Source: a virus (lineage: Duplodnaviria; Caudoviricetes). From it: 27,414 nucleotides of DNA. The position numbers and the translations under genes are program-made. The stretch covers positions 1 to 27,414 of the IMG/VR virus record IMGVR_UViG_3300021791_000008; one strand, written 5' to 3'. How positions within the stretch are numbered: the first letter of the stretch is position 1; every line of letters starts with the position of its first letter. Below the pieces are notes generated by a model, which did no database searches, had not been told where the DNA came from, and worked only from the letters and a program-made list of their open reading frames with translations. Positions 1 through 7,362 of the stretch are shown piece after piece.

Positions 1-149
1 GAGAGGCGGCTTGATGTGCTTAACAATATAATTAATCAACTTGATTTTGTCTTAGAGGATAACGGGTTCATGAATGACGGGCGACACGTTGTCACATACA
101 GCGACACGCCGCCGGAGCAAGATTATAAATTTAACAAAATACCAGAATT
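1..149 (+). repeat. Direct terminal repeat, left copy (probably assembly overlap)
   Basis: GAGAGGCGGCTTGATG...ATACCAGAATT is identical to 27266-27414. Confidence 0.97.
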
Positions 150-237
150 AAACCCCATCGATGTGACACAGCGGGCCTTTTTCGGCGCCGTTGATTTTAT
201 TTTGGCAACAGGGAAAAACAAAGATGAAAAAAGATAA
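1..237 (+). CDS. 3' part of the junction-spanning membrane-anchored protein starting at 27056 (i-spanin-like)
   Basis: In frame with GTG 27056 on the circle; the track's 16..237 ORF is its C-terminal half. Confidence 0.75.
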   Translation, partial: ERRLDVLNNIINQLDFVLEDNGFMNDGRHVVTYSDTPPEQDYKFNKIPELNPIDVTQRAFFGAVDFILATGKNKDEKR

Positions 238-571
238 TCAAAACTCAGGGGCGGTTATTATTGGGTGTGCGTTGGCGTTGTGTGTTCTTATCCTTGCAGC
301 GTCTTGGTTGTTTGGCGGGTGCTCGTCTGGGCGAATCATCCAGACTGATGACATATACGACGACGCCGGCGAAAGAATAATCGGGCAACAACGTATAGAA
401 ATATATAAGAGAACGCCGCCTTTTTTTAAAGATGTAACTTTGCACGAGGTGGAGATTGAGCAAGCAAGCGATGGGTATCGAATAAGAGCAGGGCAACGGA
501 TCGACACGGAGACACAGGAGGGCCTCTGGAATATTATTAACGGATTAATCGAGAAAATCCCGGGGCAATAA
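224..571 (+). CDS. Predicted lipoprotein, o-spanin-like
   Basis: ATG 224: MKK, hydrophobic stretch, lipobox-like LFGG-C; overlaps the end of the upstream membrane-anchored gene. Confidence 0.6.
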   Translation: MKKDNQNSGAVIIGCALALCVLILAASWLFGGCSSGRIIQTDDIYDDAGERIIGQQRIEIYKRTPPFFKDVTLHEVEIEQASDGYRIRAGQRIDTETQEGLWNIINGLIEKIPGQ

Positions 572-595
572 TCTATTAAGCAGAAGGAGCAGACA

Positions 596-796
596 ATGCA
601 AGGAGAAACAAAGGGAATCATCGCATCAAAATTAAATTGGGTCGGCGTCGTCGCCGTATTGATTGCGCTACAAGATAAGATCACCGGCGTAGGGTTGAGC
701 GAGGGGGCGGAGACAATCCTTGTCGCTGCGCTCGGAGTCGCCGTCGTCGTGTTGCGGACGTGGTTTACCTCGACGTCAATTTCAGGAATTAGATAA
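596..796 (+). CDS. Putative holin (66 aa, two TM segments)
   Basis: AAGGAG RBS; hydrophobic LNWVGVVAVLIAL and ILVAALGVAVVVLRTWFT; last gene before the terminator. Confidence 0.7.
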   Translation: MQGETKGIIASKLNWVGVVAVLIALQDKITGVGLSEGAETILVAALGVAVVVLRTWFTSTSISGIR

Positions 797-820
797 TACA
801 ACCCCTCTCCTATTCTTTTT

Positions 821-847
821 GACCCCCGTTTGGGGGTCTTTTTTTTA
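821..847 (+). terminator. Rho-independent terminator ending the late operon
   Basis: GACCCCC-GTTT-GGGGGTC stem-loop followed by a long T run. Confidence 0.9.
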
Positions 848-944
848 TCTTTTTTTTATCTTTTTTTTAACACCCCCACAACCCCAAGCCCTAAGTCCAG
901 TCATGTAAAGCGGTTATGTTGTAGGAATATACCAAAGAAAAGAC

Positions 945-973
945 TTGACATGCAGGGATAAAGGGTGCAGTAT
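945..973 (+). promoter_or_regulatory. Putative sigma70-type early promoter
   Basis: Perfect TTGACA at 945-950; weak -10 CAGTAT at 17-bp spacing; A-rich upstream; precedes the first early gene. Confidence 0.5.
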
Positions 974-1018
974 ACATACATAATGAATAACAAATCAAAA
1001 CGAAAGGGAGAAAAAAAA

Positions 1019-1279
1019 ATGAAAACCATCAAAATCAACGAAGTAGAAAAAAGGTTAGAAAAAAAAGGAACAATTTTTTATCTCCAAGGAGACACGGTGA
1101 TTATGAGCGCAGTTAATCCGGGAGAGACAACAGCGCACATTGAGGCGATGCACTATTCGGTAACGAGTGTAAACGCTGCTGTTGCTCTAAAGGCGGCGGC
1201 AGTATTAGCCGACGACGAAAAAATGGCGGAAAAATGGGAATATGTACATTTCATGGGTCGTCAATTTGGATGGACTTGA
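1019..1279 (+). CDS. Early hypothetical protein, paralogue A (86 aa)
   Basis: AAGGGAG RBS then ATG 1019; aligns with 1696..1944. Confidence 0.8.
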   Translation: MKTIKINEVEKRLEKKGTIFYLQGDTVIMSAVNPGETTAHIEAMHYSVTSVNAAVALKAAAVLADDEKMAEKWEYVHFMGRQFGWT

Positions 1280-1328
1280 TTTTCCCTGGAGGGCTTGGCT
1301 TTCGTCAAGCCTTCCGATGGCAAATCAA
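1276..1328 (+). other. Long intergenic RNA hairpin, possible RNase III-type processing site
   Basis: GGAGGGCTTGGC-TTTC-GTCAAGCCTTCC 12-bp stem (two G-U), internal loop, outer TTGATTT/AAATCAA helix; no U tail. Confidence 0.6.
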
Positions 1329-1352
1329 AAAAACGAAAAGGAGAAAGAAAAA

Positions 1353-1619
1353 ATGGAAAACACTAGCACTTACAACGGATGGAAGAATTACGAGACTTGG
1401 AACGTTTCCCTCTGGATCGGAAACAAAGAATTCTTGTACGACTACGCCCGCTTCTGCGGGCGGCGGGGCCGCTCTGGGTACAAGTATTTTGTTGAGGCGT
1501 TAATACAGGGGAATGATTATGATATCGTTAACCATAAAACGCCAGACGGCGTACTCTGGAACGATCCGGCGCTTGATATTGAGGCGCTAGACGAGATGCT
1601 GGCAGAGATTGCCGGCTGA
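1353..1619 (+). CDS. Conserved phage early hypothetical protein (YNGWxNYETW motif family, 88 aa)
   Basis: AAGGAG RBS, ATG 1353; TYNGWKNYETWNVSLWIGN and TPDGVLWNDPALD motifs recalled from phage early proteins. Confidence 0.8.
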   Translation: MENTSTYNGWKNYETWNVSLWIGNKEFLYDYARFCGRRGRSGYKYFVEALIQGNDYDIVNHKTPDGVLWNDPALDIEALDEMLAEIAG

Positions 1620-1669
1620 CCCGCTCTGATGAGCCGATAATCGGCGAAACCCCGCAAGGGGTCAGCGGG
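1620..1669 (+). ncRNA. Type I hammerhead ribozyme, predicted cleavage after GUC at 1663
   Basis: Stem I CCCGCU/AGCGGG; core CUGAUGA (1626-1632); stem II GCCGA-UAA-UCGGC; GAAA (1646-1649); stem III CCCC-GCAA-GGGG; UC cleavage site; fully intergenic. Confidence 0.95.
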
Positions 1670-1695
1670 AAAAAATAAAAAAGGAGATAGAAAAA

Positions 1696-1944
1696 ATGAA
1701 GAAGAAAACGAAAAAAGTTAATATTAACACCATAGCCCGCCGGCTATGGGAGTGGAGGGGGATTAGGTACGAGCGGCAGGGGGATCAGATCATCCTCTGC
1801 GCCGTTGACAATGAGCGCGACGTCATATCAAGGACGCCGTGTCATTGGTCATGCCAGGATATCAACGAGTTAGTAGCCTGCGGCGCCTCAACGGTGCTGC
1901 AGGACGGCGAGAGGATCGCCGACAAGTATAAGGAGGTATCATGA
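1696..1944 (+). CDS. Early hypothetical protein, paralogue B (82 aa)
   Basis: AAGGAG RBS; aligns with 1019..1279. Confidence 0.8.
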   Translation: MKKKTKKVNINTIARRLWEWRGIRYERQGDQIILCAVDNERDVISRTPCHWSCQDINELVACGASTVLQDGERIADKYKEVS

Positions 1945-2009
1945 TGGCTCTAGCCCTCCTATTAGCATTCGGCGCAATTATCGCCCTCCTAGCCGGGGAG
2001 GCCCTCTGA
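1941..2009 (+). CDS. 22-aa hydrophobic single-TM peptide MMALALLLAFGAIIALLAGEAL
   Basis: AGGAGG RBS; ATGA overlap with the upstream stop and TGATG overlap with the next start. Confidence 0.65.
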   Translation: MMALALLLAFGAIIALLAGEAL

Positions 2010-2161
2010 TGTATGAGTGGGGGAGCGGCCGCACTTGGTTATGGTGCGGAGGGTGCCGAGAATGGTGGGAATTAATCCGCAAGTACGGCCCAGACGAGGA
2101 CGCAGCGTGCCCAGTGTGCGGCGAGGAGTTGCTGGAGGAAAAAGAAAGGAGGAGGTCATGA
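2009..2161 (+). CDS. 50-aa zinc-ribbon protein
   Basis: MYEWGSGRTWLWCGGCREWW...ACPVCGEEL; two CxxC motifs; overlapping start and stop on both sides; below the ORF-track cutoff. Confidence 0.75.
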   Translation: MYEWGSGRTWLWCGGCREWWELIRKYGPDEDAACPVCGEELLEEKERRRS

Positions 2162-2451
2162 AGGAAGCAAGAAAGGTACAGTTGCCTTTAATAATAGAGG
2201 CGCAAGACTTGATCCTTGACGCCGTCAACAAGATACAGTCGGCGGTCAAGGGGTCGGAGGACGAGGAGGGGGTCGTTGATTATATACTACCCATCCTCCG
2301 GGGGTTGGTTGGGCTAGATGGCCCGCCGTATTGTCATCTACCCCAGGGGGGGGCCTGGAACCTTGAGGCGATTGTGAGCGAGGAGCGGAAGCGCCGCAGG
2401 GATAGGGCGTTAATACAGAGGACAACGGAGGGGATAAAATGCAAGAAATAA
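2158..2451 (+). CDS. Hypothetical protein
   Basis: AGGAGGAGG RBS before ATG 2158, so the true start is downstream of the track's 2017. Confidence 0.7.
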   Translation: MKEARKVQLPLIIEAQDLILDAVNKIQSAVKGSEDEEGVVDYILPILRGLVGLDGPPYCHLPQGGAWNLEAIVSEERKRRRDRALIQRTTEGIKCKK

Positions 2452-2780
2452 ACAGGAGCATAGAGAGGGACATTGAGACATTAACAGAGGACGACCACAG
2501 GGAGGGGCTAGCCGCCCTTGTTTACCGCGGCGAAGTTGGGGCGTTCCTTGATGTTATGGGGGAGGCGTTGCCGCTAGATCCTGATGCAATATTGGCAAGG
2601 CTTGACAGCGTCAACGACAGCGTGTCGTTGTTGCTATCGCAATGCCTGGCGCATCGGCGGCTTGATGGCGGTCGCGACTTTAACATGCTGCGGTTGTCGC
2701 TCCAGGCGACTAAAAACGAATTGACTTGTGCCATAACATCGGCGCGAAAATTTAAGGACAGAAGGAGGGGTAACGAATGA
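2439..2780 (+). CDS. Hypothetical helical protein
   Basis: GGAGGG RBS; overlaps both neighbours. Confidence 0.7.
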   Translation: MQEINRSIERDIETLTEDDHREGLAALVYRGEVGAFLDVMGEALPLDPDAILARLDSVNDSVSLLLSQCLAHRRLDGGRDFNMLRLSLQATKNELTCAITSARKFKDRRRGNE

Positions 2781-3553
2781 CAGAGCAAACGGAGAAAAAG
2801 GGCAAGAAAAAGAAAGCGATTGAGGAGAGACCCGCAGGCGTTGGGTTTGGCGCCGAGCAACTCGAGCAACTAATGCAGAACCCGCCGCAAGATGCGATCA
2901 AGACAAGGGTGCAGGCGGGCCGGGAATTGTCTTACCTTGAGGGTTGGTATTGCATCGACACCGCCAACAAGATATTCGGCCACTCCGGCTGGAGTTCTGA
3001 AATTCTTGTCATGCGGGAGACGGTGCAACACAAGGACGGCGATCAATGGTTGGTCGGGTATGTCGCCCGGGTGAAGGTGACGGCGGGCGGCGTATCTCAT
3101 GAGGGGGTTGGGTTTGGCTCGGGTCAAATGCGCTCGCTCGCTCAATCTAGCGAGTTAGCGGGCAAGGAGGCGGCGACGGATGCAACCAAGCGGGCTCTTA
3201 TCCATTTTGGCTCCCCGTTCGGGCTGTCTCTATACGGTGCAAAAAGCCAGGAGACGGCGACAGGGTACAGCGACCCCGCCCCGAGAAGCAATGGGGGCAA
3301 CGTTTCCCCGAGCACTAAGCAACTTGAATACATAGACAAGTTGCTTGCCGGCGCTAACATGACGGCGCCACAACTAGAGCCTTTATTGCTTGACAATTTT
3401 GGGGTCAAGACTGCAGCACAACTTGACCGCGGGGAGGCGTCCGACCTCATAGGGTTTCTGAAGGATAACAAGCCCCTTCCGGGTGCTGGAAAACATAAAG
3501 AAACAAGCCAGGAGGAACCGCCGCCCGTTGATGAGATGGAGGTGCCATTTTGA
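2777..3553 (+). CDS. Rad52/Rad22-family (Sak-like) single-strand annealing protein
   Basis: LSYLEGWYCIDTANKIFGHSGWS, HEGVGFG and KEAATDATKRALIHFG-x-PFGLSLY motifs; acidic C-terminus DEMEVPF. Confidence 0.92.
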   Translation: MTEQTEKKGKKKKAIEERPAGVGFGAEQLEQLMQNPPQDAIKTRVQAGRELSYLEGWYCIDTANKIFGHSGWSSEILVMRETVQHKDGDQWLVGYVARVKVTAGGVSHEGVGFGSGQMRSLAQSSELAGKEAATDATKRALIHFGSPFGLSLYGAKSQETATGYSDPAPRSNGGNVSPSTKQLEYIDKLLAGANMTAPQLEPLLLDNFGVKTAAQLDRGEASDLIGFLKDNKPLPGAGKHKETSQEEPPPVDEMEVPF

Positions 3554-4230
3554 GCGCACGAGATGAGATAGCGGCACAAGTTGAGTCGCTCCCGACTATG
3601 TGGGACGGCAAGAATTGCGTCCTACAGATGAGAGAGGGGGGCGACAAGTGGAGACAGACCGAATGGCCCGGGTGGTATTTTCATCACTGGATGAAAACGG
3701 TTCTGGATAAGAAAATAATCGAAACCCCAGGCCCAAAAATTGGAGCGACTTCTTTTTTTGGGTTTGGGGACGGCGTACCGTGGACGCTGCGGACTCATGC
3801 ACTAAACGCCCAGGCGTGGGGGGCCCGGTATCGGTTGCCGGCCCCCGAGCACTCGGTGATATTATACGACACCGACGCAACAGAGGCCGCCCTTGCGGCG
3901 TTTGGGAGGATCGGCGTTGTTATCTTATGCGGCGAAGCCGTGTGGGATTCTTCTGGGAGTTTCCGGCGGTGGCACAACGCCCTCAAGGGCGAGGAGTCTT
4001 CTTTTGAGATCGACCGAAAGAAGAGGGGCGCACCGTCTCGACACCGCAAGAGGGCCTTTATTCTTAAGGGGTTTTTAATTTTCTTTTTATCGCCTGAAGG
4101 ACTCTCTAAATGTGGTTCCTTCCAGAAGGGCCTGAGAAATAAAGACGGTGCGCCGAGGCGCTCAAAGGTGACAATCACCCTCGGCGACTACCGAGAGCAC
4201 TACAAGAAATTGACAAAAAGGGGGGAGTAA
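3550..4230 (+). CDS. Restriction-endonuclease-like protein, possibly catalytically inactive
   Basis: TTG start overlapping the Sak stop; WDGK...WRQxEWxGWYF...PGP...FQxGLRNxDGxPRRSKV pattern resembles, from memory, putative type II REases. Confidence 0.45.
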   Translation: MSARDEIAAQVESLPTMWDGKNCVLQMREGGDKWRQTEWPGWYFHHWMKTVLDKKIIETPGPKIGATSFFGFGDGVPWTLRTHALNAQAWGARYRLPAPEHSVILYDTDATEAALAAFGRIGVVILCGEAVWDSSGSFRRWHNALKGEESSFEIDRKKRGAPSRHRKRAFILKGFLIFFLSPEGLSKCGSFQKGLRNKDGAPRRSKVTITLGDYREHYKKLTKRGE

Positions 4231-4527
4231 ATGAAGGATTACTTGATGCCGGAGAAATTGTCAGAACTAAGGAGAGTTACCAGGACGATGCACGAGCACG
4301 ACGACCCCATTCCAACCCCCTATGGGGCTTATACTCCCCGGGAGTGGCTAGAGAGGGAGGCGCAGCGATACATCAAGCAAGGAATCCGGGCGGAGGTGTT
4401 CGACCGTCCTGGAGCCTTGCGGGGCGGGGGAAAGAGAATCGCCCTATACGTTGACGAGCATCAACTGGCGGACAGTTGGTTGTTGATGGAGTCGGACAAA
4501 AAAATGAAAGGAGAAGGAAATGGTTAG
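4231..4527 (+). CDS. Hypothetical protein
   Basis: GGGGGAG RBS; abuts the upstream stop. Confidence 0.7.
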   Translation: MKDYLMPEKLSELRRVTRTMHEHDDPIPTPYGAYTPREWLEREAQRYIKQGIRAEVFDRPGALRGGGKRIALYVDEHQLADSWLLMESDKKMKGEGNG

Positions 4528-4897
4528 CAGGCAAAGAAAGTGGCAACTAAAAAAGCGTGACAAGGGCTTGTGTGAAATTTGTGGAAAAAGGCCGCAAAAG
4601 GGGAAAGCAAGAACCGTCGAGGACACGGCGTCATCCGAGCGCCTCACGGTGTACCGTTGGCACCGCCTCTGCAACGTGTGCAGCGACAAGCGCAAGGCGC
4701 AAAAAGCAAAAACCCGGGATGCACTAAGATTAATCCAAGCCGACAGTAGAGACGCTGCAACCGCTGCGGGGTTGAGTTGTTGCCGGTGTGGTCATAATTG
4801 GCAACCAAGGCAAACGGAAATCAGAGTCTGCCCAAAATGTAAAAGCCCTTATTGGGACAGGGTGAAGGGAGGGCGCAATGGCGAGACCTCAACTTGA
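4520..4897 (+). CDS. Double zinc-finger protein
   Basis: CEIC...CNVC and CCRCGHNW...CPKCKSPYW motifs. Confidence 0.75.
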   Translation: MVSRQRKWQLKKRDKGLCEICGKRPQKGKARTVEDTASSERLTVYRWHRLCNVCSDKRKAQKAKTRDALRLIQADSRDAATAAGLSCCRCGHNWQPRQTEIRVCPKCKSPYWDRVKGGRNGETST

Positions 4898-5657
4898 TAA
4901 TGGTTATACTAAGATAGCGAATGAGTTGCTTGACGCCCTATGTGGTATCCGAATATCTGGAGAAGCAACGCAAGTCCTTTTTGTTATCTTGAGAAAAACA
5001 TACGGCTACAACAAAACAAAGGATCAGATCTCTTTATCTCAAATATGCGGCCTGTCGGGGTTGAGTAAGTCTTGCGTGTGCAGGGCGATTAGGAAATTAA
5101 TTGATATGAGATTAATTGTTGTCAAAAAAGACAACAAAAAAATAACAACCTACTCCATTAACAAGTTTTACCGCCAATGGATTCCGTGTGCGAAAAAGAT
5201 AACGTGTGCAATAAAGACAATAGACGTTGTCAATAAAGACAATAAACCGTTGTCAATAAAGACACACACAAAAGACAATGTTACAAAAGACAATATTACA
5301 AAAGACAATGGCGCTTTTGTTGACTTTTGGAACGCCTACCCAATTAAGAAGGGGAAGGTTGCAGCGACTAAGGCATTTAATCGGTTGATCAAGGAGGGTG
5401 TGTCCCCTGATGTTATAGTTGAGGGGGCGAAGCGGTACGCGCAAGAGTGCAACGGCCGGAAAGATTATGTTAAATACGCGCAAGGGTGGCTCAATGGGCG
5501 GCGCTGGGAGGATGAGAACGGGACGGCGGAGAGTGCGCCATCTAGTACCGCTTCGCCGACTCTTGAGGAGTTAGCAAATAGGCCGGGGAACGAATGGATG
5601 AAAGACACGCCGCAGAAGCGCCGCGAGTACCATTCGGGTCGGAAGGTGCGCCCATGA
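4878..5657 (+). CDS. Lambda O-like replication initiator
   Basis: N-terminal LDNGYTKIANELLDAL...ILRKTYGYNK; C-terminal FVDFWNAYP-KKGK...WLNGRRWEDE; internal iterons; followed by DnaB. Confidence 0.9.
   Translation: MARPQLDNGYTKIANELLDALCGIRISGEATQVLFVILRKTYGYNKTKDQISLSQICGLSGLSKSCVCRAIRKLIDMRLIVVKKDNKKITTYSINKFYRQWIPCAKKITCAIKTIDVVNKDNKPLSIKTHTKDNVTKDNITKDNGAFVDFWNAYPIKKGKVAATKAFNRLIKEGVSPDVIVEGAKRYAQECNGRKDYVKYAQGWLNGRRWEDENGTAESAPSSTASPTLEELANRPGNEWMKDTPQKRREYHSGRKVRP
5116..5310. repeat. Replication origin: five iterons plus three 15-bp AT-rich tandem repeats inside the initiator gene
   Basis: TTGTC-AATAAA-GACAA-type units at 5119, 5187, 5205, 5227 and 5250; ACAAAAGACAATRTT x3 (last partial) at 5268-5310. 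Confidence 0.85.
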
Positions 5658-6901
5658 TACCATCCTACGTTGACCCGGAATTTTGCGCCCTCGGCGCTAT
5701 GATTATGGATAGGGACTCCCGGCAGTTGGGTTTATCGTTGTTGAGTTCGAGCCATTTTCAACCAAAACTGGCCCCAGTTTTTGAAGCAATCAAAGAGTTA
5801 GAGGATAAGGGGTCGCCGGTTGATATTGTTTCGCTCATGGCCCAAGTTGGGAAGCCGGACGACAGGGACGCCGCCGCTTTTCTGTCTGAGATTATCCACT
5901 CGACGTCGACAAGCCAAAACATCGAACACCATTCGATGCTATTGGTTGAGCGCGAGAATATGCGAGCGCTAAAAAGTGCAGTTAAGGAAAACTTAAACAT
6001 CGACGATCCCTCGCTGATGGTTGCGGGGTTGCAGCGTGCGGTTGATGATCAAATAAAAAACACCCCCGGAGGGGAGACGGCGTCAATACAAGATTTATTG
6101 GGGGAATCAATGGACAAATTCGACAAAGGGAAGCCCGCAAACGTTGTCAGGACGGGCTTTTATGACATTGACCGCTTGCTTGTTGGTTTGGAGTTGGAGA
6201 CTTTAACAATACTAGCCGCCCGCCCGGGGTTGGGGAAAACTTCGCTGGGTTTAAACATTGCGCGAAACGCTAGTACGGAGGGCAACAAGGTTTTGTTTAT
6301 CTCTATCGAGATGAGCCGAGCCGAACTTGTCGACCGGTTGCTTTGTTCTGTTGCTGAGGTATCGCTGCATCTTGCACGCTCCGGGATAATACAGAAAGAC
6401 ACCTACAGGAAATTGGCGGACGCTGGGAACTCGATGTATAATATGCCGCTAGTCATTGCAGACAAGCCCGGGGCTCAACTCTCGGACATAGAGCGGATTG
6501 TCGGTCAAGAGGCGGCGAGAACTCCGGCGTTGAGGCTTGTGGTTGTTGATTATATCCAACTAGTCAATGCGATGGATAAGGGTATGTCAAGAGAGCAAGA
6601 GGTTTCGTTGATATCGCGAACGCTTAAGAAAATTGCCCGCCGTTATGGCGTCGCCGTGCTCGCTCTCTCCCAGTTGTCGCGTGCTAGTGAAAAACGCGAA
6701 GATTCAAAGCCCAGACTATCAGACCTCCGCGATTCGGGGGCGATTGAGCAAGACGCCGACGTTGTTTTGTTTTTGTCTAAGCAAAACCAAGTGTCAAGCG
6801 TTATCGATGTACATTGCGCCAAGAACAGGAACGGCCCGACGGGGAGCCTATCCCTTGAGTTCCGGGCGGAGTTCACAAAGTTTGTGGATAAGGAAATTTA
6901 A
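5654..6901 (+). CDS. dnaB: Replicative DNA helicase, DnaB family
   Basis: Walker A AARPGLGKT, SIEMS, VVVDYIQL, LSQLSR, SDLRDSGAIEQDAD, AKNRNGPTG; ATG 5654 overlaps the initiator stop. Confidence 0.97.
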   Translation: MIPSYVDPEFCALGAMIMDRDSRQLGLSLLSSSHFQPKLAPVFEAIKELEDKGSPVDIVSLMAQVGKPDDRDAAAFLSEIIHSTSTSQNIEHHSMLLVERENMRALKSAVKENLNIDDPSLMVAGLQRAVDDQIKNTPGGETASIQDLLGESMDKFDKGKPANVVRTGFYDIDRLLVGLELETLTILAARPGLGKTSLGLNIARNASTEGNKVLFISIEMSRAELVDRLLCSVAEVSLHLARSGIIQKDTYRKLADAGNSMYNMPLVIADKPGAQLSDIERIVGQEAARTPALRLVVVDYIQLVNAMDKGMSREQEVSLISRTLKKIARRYGVAVLALSQLSRASEKREDSKPRLSDLRDSGAIEQDADVVLFLSKQNQVSSVIDVHCAKNRNGPTGSLSLEFRAEFTKFVDKEI

Positions 6902-6933
6902 AAAATTTAGGAAACAAAAAGGAAGGGGGAATT

Positions 6934-7362
6934 ATGAAAATAACTACGGCGCAATATAAGGCAATGACCAAAGGGGTAGGGGGGAGCAAGTATAAGGCTA
7001 TCAGGACGCAACACGGCGGCCGTGTGTATGATTCTAAGGCTGAGGCAGACTACGCACGGAGACTTGACGAGTGGAGGGAGGAGGGGCTTGTTGAGTGGGT
7101 TTTGCCTCAAGTTACAATCCCATTGGGGCCAGACTTTTCAACTCGCGTTGACTTTTTGGTTGAGCATTTGGGTCAACCCCGTTTGGTGCTGGGCAAAGAG
7201 ACAAGCAGAACCGAGGTGATAGCCGTTGAGGTTAAGGGATACGAGACGCCGCGGTTCCGCAAAATAAAAAAACTCTGGAGGAAGTATGGGCCGTTTCCTC
7301 TCTGGGTTGTCAAGCAGGGCAAGATTGAGGAGATAATTACAGGGGGAGGCTCAGATGGTTGA
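6934..7362 (+). CDS. DUF1064-like PD-(D/E)xK endonuclease (resolvase-like)
   Basis: SKYKAIRT...YDSKAEA; VDF...VEVKG catalytic pattern. Confidence 0.8.
   Translation: MKITTAQYKAMTKGVGGSKYKAIRTQHGGRVYDSKAEADYARRLDEWREEGLVEWVLPQVTIPLGPDFSTRVDFLVEHLGQPRLVLGKETSRTEVIAVEVKGYETPRFRKIKKLWRKYGPFPLWVVKQGKIEEIITGGGSDG

Noticed and set aside
345-385. CTGATGA...GAAA resembling a second hammerhead core
   Set aside because: The intervening sequence cannot form stem II, there is no stem III, and it lies inside a CDS
839-870. T-run/ATC tandem repeats after the terminator
   Set aside because: Low-complexity terminator tail with no spacer structure; not a CRISPR array
892-916. TAAGT-N15-GGTTA imperfect inverted motif, possibly a recombinase-type site
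   Set aside because: Single imperfect copy and no recombinase in the genome; cannot be distinguished from chance
5268-5310. 15-bp tandem repeats as a mini-CRISPR
   Set aside because: Contiguous repeats without spacers, in frame within the initiator gene; explained as part of the origin
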